Assembly (NCBI RefSeq): GCF_000172995.2
Contig: NC_014729.1
Coordinates: forward strand, 810,001 to 842,000
From: Halogeometricum borinquense DSM 11551
Lineage (GTDB): Archaea > Halobacteriota > Halobacteria > Halobacteriales > Haloferacaceae
DNA length: 32,000 nt
Direction of reading: 5' to 3'
A program made the translations under genes and the position numbers. The notes under the pieces are model-generated. The model was given only the letters and a program-made list of their open reading frames with translations, was not told the origin of the DNA and made no database searches. Numbering within the stretch: position 1 is the stretch's first letter; each line of letters starts with the position of its first letter. Positions 25,553 through 32,000 of this stretch are shown here, in pieces.

Positions 25553-26251
25553 ATGAATCGGTCCCACGCTGCCGCCCTCCTGATTACTGTACTTGCCCTC
25601 TCGACTGTCGGTGTTGCTGCGAGTACGCTCCCGTCCGCACAGCCGGCAGACCTACCGGATAGTCGTTCTCAAGGTGGGTTCGATGAGGCCCACTCCGGAA
25701 GTGGTGGGAAAGGTGCATCGCAGTCGATCAACCACCTTGCACTCCCTGATTTAAACGTCGAAAACGGAGTCAAAAGCGACCGTTCACAATCGAAGAGTAC
25801 GGTCGGACGACTCGTTGTCGGAGTCGTTCTCTTCCTCGCCGGGATAGCCCTCGTTTTGTGGCGTCTCACGAGCGACGATTCGCAAGCCGCACGCGAGTCT
25901 GAAAAGGAGACAGACGTGAGTACTGACGAGGTCACATCAGAAGTAGCTCACAGCAAGCGCAGAAATCTGCCGCCAACGAACGAGGTCTACCGGGCCTGGA
26001 ACACGCTGGGTACCTCTCTGGAAGCGCATCGAGAAGCACAAGAAACACCCACAGAGTTCGCGCAGCGAGCGAGTCGTGCTGGGCTTCCCCGAAACGCGGT
26101 TGAACGACTCACAGCGTTGTTCTGCTCGGTACGATACGGTGGCGAGCCACCGACCGCCGACCGCGAGAAACGCGCACAGAACGCACTTGAACAAATTCAA
26201 CGGACGAGCGATTCGAATAGCGCTGACTCTGCCTCTTCTCTCTCCGAATGA
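25553..26251 (+). CDS. DUF4129-like membrane-anchored protein
   Basis: There is an N-terminal signal/TM segment, a central TM segment (LVVGVVLFLAGIALVLW), and a C-terminal block TPTEFAQRASRAGLPRNAVERLTALFCSVRYGGEPPT typical of DUF4129. Its stop overlaps the next start (ATGA at 26248-26251). Confidence 0.6.
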   Translation: MNRSHAAALLITVLALSTVGVAASTLPSAQPADLPDSRSQGGFDEAHSGSGGKGASQSINHLALPDLNVENGVKSDRSQSKSTVGRLVVGVVLFLAGIALVLWRLTSDDSQAARESEKETDVSTDEVTSEVAHSKRRNLPPTNEVYRAWNTLGTSLEAHREAQETPTEFAQRASRAGLPRNAVERLTALFCSVRYGGEPPTADREKRAQNALEQIQRTSDSNSADSASSLSE

Positions 26252-28221
26252 TGAGCGATACCCGCCGCCCTATTCTGAATCTCGGTATCGTCTCCAGTCT
26301 CGTCGGCTTCCTCCTGATCGTCTTCCCGACGCTGGGGTCCGTCGTTGAACTCACCGGAACGGTTCGTGCAATACCGTTCGTCATCATCGGCTTAGCTGCG
26401 ATTGGCCTCGCTGGAAGGTACCTACGTGCGGAGATGACGGGACAATCCACAACAAGGAAATGTCACACCGGGCGAAGCGAGTATCCACGTCCAGCGAACC
26501 GACCCAAGTACGCGTATCCTGGTGAACCACTCGTGCGACGACTCGCAGAAATCTCGTGGACGGATCGACGGGAAGAAGAACCAACGAACCGTCTTGATCT
26601 CCGCGCGGATGTCCGGGGGCTTGCAGTTACCGTCTTGTCACAGACGGAAAACTGGACACGGACGGAAAGCGAGACACGGCTGGAAGAGGGGGGTTGGACT
26701 GATGATGCGCGGGCAGCAGCCTTCTTTACCGACGATATCGTCCCGTCGCTCTCGGTTCGACAGCAACTCCAGTCCATTTTGGGTGCTGAACCACCGTTTG
26801 CCCGTCGCGCACGGCACGCGATTGCAGAACTTGCGAGTCAGTACGACGAAACCGACGTTTCTCCTAGTCTGACTGAGCGGCCGAACGGCCGAGACCGGGG
26901 ACGGACCGTCACGACACGACAGTACTGGCCGTCGCACACATCCGAAACGTCACGAACCACCAAATCTGGGCGAACACGGTGGGTGACGACTGCCGCCCTC
27001 GTTGCTGGTGGCGCTGGTATCGTCACTCTCCAGCCAGCGCTGTTCTTGCTCGCTCTGTTTGGTATCGCGGTCGCCGGGTACGGACATCTCAGCACACCAC
27101 CCTCCGGAAACGTCGAGATCACGCGGACTATCAGCGATCCAAATCCCGAACCCCAACAGGAGATTGATGTGACGGTAACCATCCAGAATACGAGCGAAAG
27201 CACGCTCACCGACCTCCGAGTTATCGATGGGGTTCCGGCGGGACTCACCGTTACTGATGGCGTCCCCCGGTTTACGACAGCACTTCGTCCCGGTAACGAA
27301 GCTACGTTCACGTACACTGTCCGGGGAGTCGGTGGGAGTCACGCGTTCGACCCAGCGCTCGTCATCACGCGGGACGCAATCGGGATTCACAAACGAGAGA
27401 CGCTTGTCGAGGGAGATTCGACGGCGATTTCCTGTCAACGTCTGGAGAATCCTGTGCGACAGCTACAACTGAGATCACAATGGACGAACCACCCCGGTCG
27501 GATTCAATCACCGGTCGAAGGACCGGGAATCGAGTTCCACTCTGTTCGTGAGTATCGCTCCGGCGACCCGCTCTCGCGGGTTGACTGGAACCGAAAGGCG
27601 AAAACGGGCGAGCTCACCACAATCGACTTTCGGGAGTCCCGACTCGCAAAGGTGATGATCGTCGTCGATACCCGGCCGGAAGCGTATCTGACGCCGACCG
27701 AGGAGTGTGATCGGCCAATCATCCGCCGGAGTCTCACTGCGGCACGGAAGATAACCACCCACTTCTCCTCGGAGCGTATTCCAGTCGGCATCACGGCCCT
27801 GTCGCCACACTCGTGTTGGCTCCCACCGAAGGCTGGCGATGTTCATCGCGTCCGTATTCATAACGCTCTCGATGAAGATCCCGCCTTCTCGTGGGAGCGT
27901 CCCAAGGACGGAATCGAGATATCGACCGCAATCGAGGCGTTCCGGCAGCGAGCGTGTCACGATACGCAGGTCATCTTGCTCTCACCGCTCTGTGACGACG
28001 GCTCGAAACGCGTCGCGGAACGACTCGATGCCAACGGCTATGCCGTGACTGTCTTGAGCCCAGACCCGACAGCGCTCACGGACTCGACGCCGGACTGTGC
28101 GCTCGGCTACGCATCCGTTATGCGCCACTTTCGGCTCCGAAAGCTTCGCAACGGGGGGATCCCCGTCTCCGATTTGACCTCGGATCTGTCAGTTGCGGAG
28201 GTGTTGGCCCGTGCGTCGTAA
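26248..28221 (+). CDS. DUF58 (vWA-like) domain protein with a long N-terminal membrane extension
   Basis: The hallmark GIEFHSVREYRSGDPLSRVDWNRKAKTGELTTIDFRESRLAKVMIVVD is present. It is preceded by a beta-sandwich-like segment, EIDVTVTIQNTSESTLTDLRVIDGVPAGLTV. There are N-terminal TM helices and a further TM pair around residues 240-280. Confidence 0.8.
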   Translation: MMSDTRRPILNLGIVSSLVGFLLIVFPTLGSVVELTGTVRAIPFVIIGLAAIGLAGRYLRAEMTGQSTTRKCHTGRSEYPRPANRPKYAYPGEPLVRRLAEISWTDRREEEPTNRLDLRADVRGLAVTVLSQTENWTRTESETRLEEGGWTDDARAAAFFTDDIVPSLSVRQQLQSILGAEPPFARRARHAIAELASQYDETDVSPSLTERPNGRDRGRTVTTRQYWPSHTSETSRTTKSGRTRWVTTAALVAGGAGIVTLQPALFLLALFGIAVAGYGHLSTPPSGNVEITRTISDPNPEPQQEIDVTVTIQNTSESTLTDLRVIDGVPAGLTVTDGVPRFTTALRPGNEATFTYTVRGVGGSHAFDPALVITRDAIGIHKRETLVEGDSTAISCQRLENPVRQLQLRSQWTNHPGRIQSPVEGPGIEFHSVREYRSGDPLSRVDWNRKAKTGELTTIDFRESRLAKVMIVVDTRPEAYLTPTEECDRPIIRRSLTAARKITTHFSSERIPVGITALSPHSCWLPPKAGDVHRVRIHNALDEDPAFSWERPKDGIEISTAIEAFRQRACHDTQVILLSPLCDDGSKRVAERLDANGYAVTVLSPDPTALTDSTPDCALGYASVMRHFRLRKLRNGGIPVSDLTSDLSVAEVLARAS

Positions 28222-28732
28222 TCAACGATATCAATCCGGTCGGGTACCTATCGGGAGTGGTCTCATAGCTCTGTCTGCTGGTGCCAGCGCAGTCTTCGTC
28301 ACTGCTGTGTCTCCGTACGTACTCGCGCTCGGGATACTCGGTCTCGTTCTGCTTGCGGTCGGACTGTTCCGAGCGTCGCCGAAGACGTTCGCCGTCGGGA
28401 CGGGCCTGCTTTTCGTCGGTGTCGTCGTCGCCGGAATACTGGGCATGGCCTCGGTGTATCTCTTGCTCGCTGCGTTTCTCGTTGTGATCGCGTGGACCGT
28501 GGGACAGAACGGCTTTAGTATCGGAGCCGAGGTTGGTACCGATGCCCCGACGCTTCGAATTGAGTTAGTCCATCTGGTGAGTAGTATGGCTATTCTTGTC
28601 GTCGGCGCGAGCGTCGGATTTGGCGTCTTTCTCGCTGCGACGGGTGGTCAGCCAGTACTCGCACTCGTTGCCCTCCTCGTGGGCGTCGTCGCGTTACTGG
28701 TCGGACTACGAGGATCGTACACGAACGGCTAA
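28211..28732 (+). CDS. Polytopic membrane protein (hypothetical), third gene of the DUF4129-DUF58 operon
   Basis: The GTG at 28211 (the track offers 28193) overlaps the DUF58 stop. The protein has five or six hydrophobic helices (LIALSAGASAVFVTAV..., LLFVGVVVAGILG..., LALVALLVGVVALLVGL). Confidence 0.55.
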   Translation: MRRNQRYQSGRVPIGSGLIALSAGASAVFVTAVSPYVLALGILGLVLLAVGLFRASPKTFAVGTGLLFVGVVVAGILGMASVYLLLAAFLVVIAWTVGQNGFSIGAEVGTDAPTLRIELVHLVSSMAILVVGASVGFGVFLAATGGQPVLALVALLVGVVALLVGLRGSYTNG

Positions 28733-28750
28733 GCTGTGTCGGGTGTACTA

Positions 28751-29110
28751 TTTTACCCTCCACAAGGGTTCGTCTGTAACGACCGTGTAGTTCTCCGTGG
28801 AGAGATCTTTCGCGCTGCTTCAACCCCACAAGGGTTCGTCTGTAACTTCGTTGAGGACGGCACCGACCGCGGGCGACGGGTCGCTTCAACCCCACAAGGG
28901 TTCGTCTGTAACACGCTACGGCGAAGAGGTGTCCCGATGACGTCCGACGCTTCAACCCCACAAGGGTTCGTCTGTAACTAAAGTTTGTGCCACAAAAGAA
29001 AAGAGAGGGAGAGGCTTCAACCCCACAAGGGTTCGTCTGTAACCGTTTCCATCTGAGTCAACGACCACATCGCCGATTTGGCTTCAACCCCACAAGGGTT
29101 CGTCTGTAAC
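28751..29110 (-). CRISPR. Orphan CRISPR array with 6 repeats (one degenerate) and 5 spacers. The repeat is type I-B-like.
   Basis: The identical 30-nt repeat GCTTCAACCCCACAAGGGTTCGTCTGTAAC sits at 28817-28846, 28883-28912, 28949-28978, 29014-29043 and 29081-29110. A degenerate copy at 28751-28780 has 6 mismatches, all within the first 9 nt. Spacers are 36, 36, 36, 35 and 37 nt. The reverse complement GTTACAGACGAACCCTTGTGGGGTTGAAGC resembles the Haloferax I-B repeat, so transcription is inferred on the minus strand, with the decayed repeat distal to the leader. Confidence 0.95.
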
Positions 29111-29262
29111 CATGCCCGATTGGGGGCACACAGGCTCTATGATGGACAGTTACTACAAGTAGTTTCCGTCGGCCTCCAATACCCCCGCTACCCCCGGGGG
29201 TCGATGGAGAGACAGCCCGTCGAGGGGGTCAATCCAGAGAAAACGATTTCAAATGCGCATCG
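29111..29262 (-). promoter_or_regulatory. Putative CRISPR leader
   Basis: Position and orientation are inferred from the repeat polarity and the location of the degenerate repeat. It contains the 12-bp GC palindrome ACCCCCGGGGGT (29190-29201) and AT-richer stretches. The promoter is not mapped. Confidence 0.35.
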
Positions 29263-29549
29263 TTAGAACTGGTCCCAAACCGCTCGGAGCGCACCCGAGG
29301 GGTCGGCTCGAAGCCGCCGAATCGCCGGGAGGAGGTCGTACTTGACAGCACGAACTGCGACGATTCCGAGTCCGCCGGACAGGAGCACCGTCCCGACGAT
29401 GCCGACGATACTTCCGGTCCGTTGGTGAAGTCGGCTTCAACTACTGCATCGCGGTCGATATCGTGAAGCGTACGGATACGTTCTAGCGTGACGCTATTGG
29501 TCAATCCCCTCTCTGCCGCACTCGTCCACGCGATTTCGTGGGCCGCCAT
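29229..29549 (-). CDS. Uncertain ORF, possibly a frameshifted membrane-protein gene
   Basis: The track ORF reads MAAHEIAWTSAAERGLTNSVTLERIRTLHDIDRDAVVEADFTNGPE and then turns into Ser-rich low-complexity sequence. A different frame of the same DNA reads GSIVGIVGTVLLSGGLGIVAVRAVKYDLLPAIRRLRADPSGALRAVWDQF-stop (stop at 29263-29265). That frame looks like a genuine TM helix plus tail. Confidence 0.25.
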   Translation of the reverse strand: MAAHEIAWTSAAERGLTNSVTLERIRTLHDIDRDAVVEADFTNGPEVSSASSGRCSCPADSESSQFVLSSTTSSRRFGGFEPTPRVRSERFGTSSNDAHLKSFSLD

Positions 29550-29650
29550 TGACTTCCCCTTCTTCGAGCTGCTCTGAACGAACAGGTCGGGGTTGGTACC
29601 GTGCCCACCGGTATCGAAGTGTTACGTCGGTATCCGAAGAAGTCGAGTAA

Positions 29651-29799
29651 TGCCCGGGGTGGGCTCCGAACCCACGATCTCCGCATGTCCCAGGTGCGAG
29701 GCCGGCATGACCTCGCGCGGGGCGGAGGCTTCCAAGGCGTTCCGCACCGATTGTGAAACCCTATGAGTGCGGCGCTATGTCCAGCTAAGCCACCCGGGC
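29651..29799 (-). tRNA. tRNA with CAU anticodon (elongator Met, or Ile2) containing a 75-nt intron
   Basis: Read on the minus strand, the acceptor stem is GCCCGGG/CCCGGGC with discriminator A. The D-arm is GCUU-AGCUGGACA-UAGC, the anticodon stem is CCGCA/UGCGG, and the loop is CUCAUAA. The variable loop is AGAUC and the T-arm is GUGGG-UUCGGAG-CCCAC. Exons are 38 and 36 nt (74 nt mature). The G1:C72 pair argues against an initiator. The T-loop has G at my position 58, which is slightly atypical. Confidence 0.85.
29687..29761 (-). other. tRNA intron at the canonical 37/38 position
   Basis: 75 nt (GGGUUUCACAAUCGGUGCGG...CCUCGCACCUGGGAC) separate ...CUCAUA from A-UGCGG. There is an internal 6-bp stem, GCGAGG/CCUCGC. 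No box C (UGAUGA) is visible. Confidence 0.75.
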
Positions 29800-29825
29800 T
29801 CGTTTTTTCGTTGGCCGATGAAGTT

Positions 29826-29831
29826 CTTTAA
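29826..29831 (-). promoter_or_regulatory. TATA-like box for the tRNA gene
   Basis: On the minus strand this reads TTAAAG, centred about 30 nt upstream of tRNA position 1 (29799). Confidence 0.4.
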
Positions 29832-29928
29832 GCTTCTCATCTGCTGATGGCGAGTGGTGTGACACCGATAAACATGAAAGACGGTCAATCACCCGCGGAT
29901 TTATCAACCGGGACGGGTACACCCACCT

Positions 29929-31011
29929 ATGAGCCAACCGCAGATGGTCCAGTCCGCTCTCGGGGACGAGGACGTGGTCGCCCGCGTCGCCCTCGGCGGC
30001 GAGGACGAACTGTACGCCACGCCGACGCGAACGCTGGTCTATCGGTCGGAGGGGCTGCTTTCGGACGAGACAGTAGAGGAGTACTCTCACAACGCCGAAC
30101 GCATTACCGTCTCAGAAGGGCGGCGAAAAGCCAAGATCACGCTCGATTACGGTCTCGACGGCGAACAGACGTTCGGCCTCTCGGTGAAGCACCTCGACCG
30201 CGCTCTTCATCCGGTCGTCCAAGGCGTCCTGAAATCGAACGGCACTCTCGCGGACAACGAATCCGTCGAACGACTGTTCCGGTTTAGCGAACTCACACTC
30301 GTTGTTGCCACCGGCCGCGTTGTCAAGCACATCGGGTCGGCGCTCTGGGACGAAGACTTCGAGGAGTACCGCTTCGACGACGTGACCGACCTCCAGTTCG
30401 AGGGTGGGAGCGTCGCCACCTCCGTCGTGATGACGGTCAACGGCCGCCAAGAGCGTTTTAAAGCGCCGAACGACGAAGCGCGCCAACTGCGCGAAACGCT
30501 CGAATCGGCGCTGTTGGGTTACTGGGGGGTCTCCTCATTGGACGAACTCCGCGAAGCGAACGAACCCGACGAGGACGACGAACCGGCAGGCGACAAGGAC
30601 GTATCGTTTGGCGACGGTCCTGACCCGCTGAGCGCTAACCCGACGGAACTCTCCGAAGAACCGGCGAACGCGACACGCGCGGAGTCGGAGTCACCGCCCG
30701 CTGAGACGGCAGACGCCGCAGGAGGACAGCAGAGCGGGGGCCAACAGAGCGGGAGTCAACAGAGCGTGAGCCAGCAGGTCGAAACTGCCTCCCAGACCGT
30801 CGAAGCCGAGGCCCAGACACAGACGCCGACCAACGAGGCTGACGACGGCTTCGGCGGGTCGGGCTTTCAGTCTGCGGCGGCAGACGCCGACGAACGTGTC
30901 GCTGAGGAACTCGCTGAACTGCGCGCGACGGTCGACCAACAAGGCGAAGAGATTCGTCAGCAGCGCGAACTCATCGAGCAACTTATCGAAGAGCTGCGCC
31001 GCGGTCGATAA
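29929..31011 (+). CDS. Conserved haloarchaeal protein with a tandem PH-like N-terminal region, an acidic Gln/Ser-repeat linker and a C-terminal coiled coil
   Basis: There are two similar modules: GDEDVVARVALGGEDELYATPTRTLVYRSEG... and ...LVVATGRVVKHIGSALWDEDFEEYRFDDVTDLQFEGGSVATSVVMTVNGRQERFKAP. The linker carries GGQQSGGQQSGSQQSVSQQ. The C-terminal heptad-like segment reads ELAELRATVDQQGEEIRQQRELIEQLIEELRRG. TATA-like atttatca lies about 25 nt upstream, so the mRNA is probably leaderless. Confidence 0.6.
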   Translation: MSQPQMVQSALGDEDVVARVALGGEDELYATPTRTLVYRSEGLLSDETVEEYSHNAERITVSEGRRKAKITLDYGLDGEQTFGLSVKHLDRALHPVVQGVLKSNGTLADNESVERLFRFSELTLVVATGRVVKHIGSALWDEDFEEYRFDDVTDLQFEGGSVATSVVMTVNGRQERFKAPNDEARQLRETLESALLGYWGVSSLDELREANEPDEDDEPAGDKDVSFGDGPDPLSANPTELSEEPANATRAESESPPAETADAAGGQQSGGQQSGSQQSVSQQVETASQTVEAEAQTQTPTNEADDGFGGSGFQSAAADADERVAEELAELRATVDQQGEEIRQQRELIEQLIEELRRGR

Positions 31012-31028
31012 TCGACGCAGAGTCGGAA

Positions 31029-31550
31029 TTACTCCCGACCGAGGACTTTTTTGATACACGAGGAGCCGAACGGCCCCAATTCGCCGGCGTCGAAGCGAAT
31101 GAAATGCCCCGTCGAGAGGCCAGCACCACACCGCCGACAGTCGAAGTCGCCGTCGCGTTTGACGACTTGGCTCTCGAAGCGGACGAACGTTCCGCCGCGG
31201 CGCGTCTGGATGCGTCCTTCCTCCCTGTCGATAACGCCGCGGAGTTCAGCCGTGTCGAGTATCTCTCGCGTGAGTGCCGGACTCGTTGTTACCGTCTCGA
31301 TACGGTCTACGGCATCCGAAAGCGAGAGTTCGTCGGTTTCGACGTGTGCGAGAAGGTCTACGCCGAGTTCGATTCGCTCGTCTCGGTCCATCTCGCGGAC
31401 CTCGGGGCGGTCCGCAGTCGATTCGGGGCTATCGCTCCCGTTGCTCTTATTTCGGCCGTTCCGCGTCCGCTCTGCGCCGTCCGACGCGCTGTCGTCGCTC
31501 CCGCCGTCGAAGGCCGACAAGTCGGATTGCGTCTCTCTGTCCTCGTCCAC
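31029..31550 (-). CDS. Conserved haloarchaeal protein with a C-terminal Cys motif (I recall this as a DUF5830-type family, unverified)
   Basis: The core reads RIELGVDLLAHVETDELSLSDAVDRIETVTTSPALTREILDTAELRGVIDREEG...DFDCRRCGAGLSTGHFIRFDAGELGPFGSSCIKKVLGRE. The first 53 codons are low-complexity and acidic, so an alternative start at the ATG at 31391 is plausible. Confidence 0.55.
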   Translation of the reverse strand: MDEDRETQSDLSAFDGGSDDSASDGAERTRNGRNKSNGSDSPESTADRPEVREMDRDERIELGVDLLAHVETDELSLSDAVDRIETVTTSPALTREILDTAELRGVIDREEGRIQTRRGGTFVRFESQVVKRDGDFDCRRCGAGLSTGHFIRFDAGELGPFGSSCIKKVLGRE

Positions 31551-31685
31551 GAGTCACCTCCACGTCCGCGTCGCACCGACAAAAACACACCGCGGTACGC
31601 TCAGTTCGGAAATCAAGAACAGACGGTCGTTCGGAGGCGCAAGGCGTATAGCTCCGCGTCCAAGAGTGACTGTCGATGGACCGCC

Positions 31686-32000
31686 TTCGAATCGACTCCC
31701 GCGCCGCTGTGGGGGTGCTACTGTTCGTCGTTGCCGCGGCGGCGGTGCTTCTCTCGCCCGAGGCAGTTCTCTCGCGCGCGGCGTGGGTCGCCGCCGACCC
31801 CGTCCGCCTCGTCGCCGCCACTGTGGCCCTTGCGATCGTCCGACCGCTCCTCGCGTGGCCGACGACGCTTCTCGCCCTCGTTGTCGGGTTCGGATTCGGT
31901 TTCGCGGGCCTTCCGTTCGCTCTTACTCTCATTGTCCTTACGAGCGTTCCGCCGTACCTCTTTGCGCGGCGCTACGGGCGTACCGGTCGTCTCGCGGCAG
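31686..32000 (+). CDS. TVP38/TMEM64 (DedA-related) family membrane protein. Only the N-terminal part is present and the gene runs off the right edge.
   Basis: My hand translation from the ATG at 31686 gives MDRLRIDSRAAVGVLLFVVAAAAVLLSPEAVLSRAAWVAADPVRLVAATVALAIVRPLLAWPTTLLALVVGFGFGFAGLPFALTLIVLTSVPPYLFARRYG. The frame is open to the window end. Confidence 0.5.

Noticed and set aside
28590-29266. ORFs 28736-28981 (+), 28590-28961 (-) and 29078-29266 (+), which show the repeated peptide STPQGFVCN
   Set aside because: The periodic peptide is simply the translated CRISPR repeat. These are not genes.
25230-29650. An integrated element bounded by a duplicated tRNA 3' half (att site)
   Set aside because: I found no second copy of the tRNA 3' exon sequence (gggctccgaacccacgatctcc) by eye in the intergenic regions to the left, and there is no integrase gene. 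The idea survives only as a low-confidence part of the 29229-29650 finding.
29501-29686. A 61-aa minus-strand ORF overlapping the tRNA 3' exon
   Set aside because: It overlaps a structurally well-supported tRNA and has Arg-rich nonsense composition.
29687-29761. A box C/D guide RNA inside the tRNA intron, as in Haloferax tRNA-Trp
   Set aside because: The 75-nt intron contains no UGAUGA box C and no suitably placed CUGA box D.

Overview
The window looks like a haloarchaeal chromosome segment, probably Haloferacales-like. This call rests on three things: GC-rich DNA, very acidic predicted proteins, and a 30-nt CRISPR repeat that I recall as close to the Haloferax type I-B repeat. All calls come from reading the sequence and the ORF track. 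No database search was run, and GC statements are by-eye estimates.

Most of the window is housekeeping:
- RFC large subunit with a C-terminal PIP box
- polar amino-acid ABC transporter operon
- heme A synthase
- M24 peptidase
- MaeB-type malic enzyme
- RNase HI
- CBS protein
- EamA transporter
- cytidylate kinase
- asparaginase
- aldo/keto reductase
- DUF1684 protein

Five accessory or unusual blocks are embedded in it:
1. Positions 1-2054 hold a visibly low-GC type II restriction-modification island. It has a partial N6-adenine methyltransferase, a divergent XamI-like PD-(D/E)xK endonuclease, and a 61-aa RHH-like ORF joined to the methylase by an ATGA overlap. The shared promoter region carries repeated TTCTAC/GTAGAA palindromes.
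2. About 11990-13555 is a TnpB-only IS200/IS605-type element inserted into, and truncating, a TauE/SafE gene. It has a probable 1-nt frameshift at the tnpB 5' end and a densely structured omega-RNA-like 3' region.
3. Positions 20727-25229 form a cell-surface block. It has two tandem type IV pilin paralogues, a 690-bp AT-rich repeat-containing spacer, and a 932-aa PGF-CTERM S-layer-type glycoprotein.
4. Positions 25553-28732 hold a translationally coupled DUF4129 / long DUF58 / membrane-protein operon with no MoxR ATPase in view.
5. Positions 28751-29110 hold an orphan CRISPR array of five spacers. No cas genes are in the window. It lies next to an intron-containing tRNA-Met(CAU).

The candidates I consider most worth follow-up are the RHH-controlled restriction-modification island, the orphan mini-array with its tRNA-flanked neighbourhood, and the TnpB/omega-RNA element.
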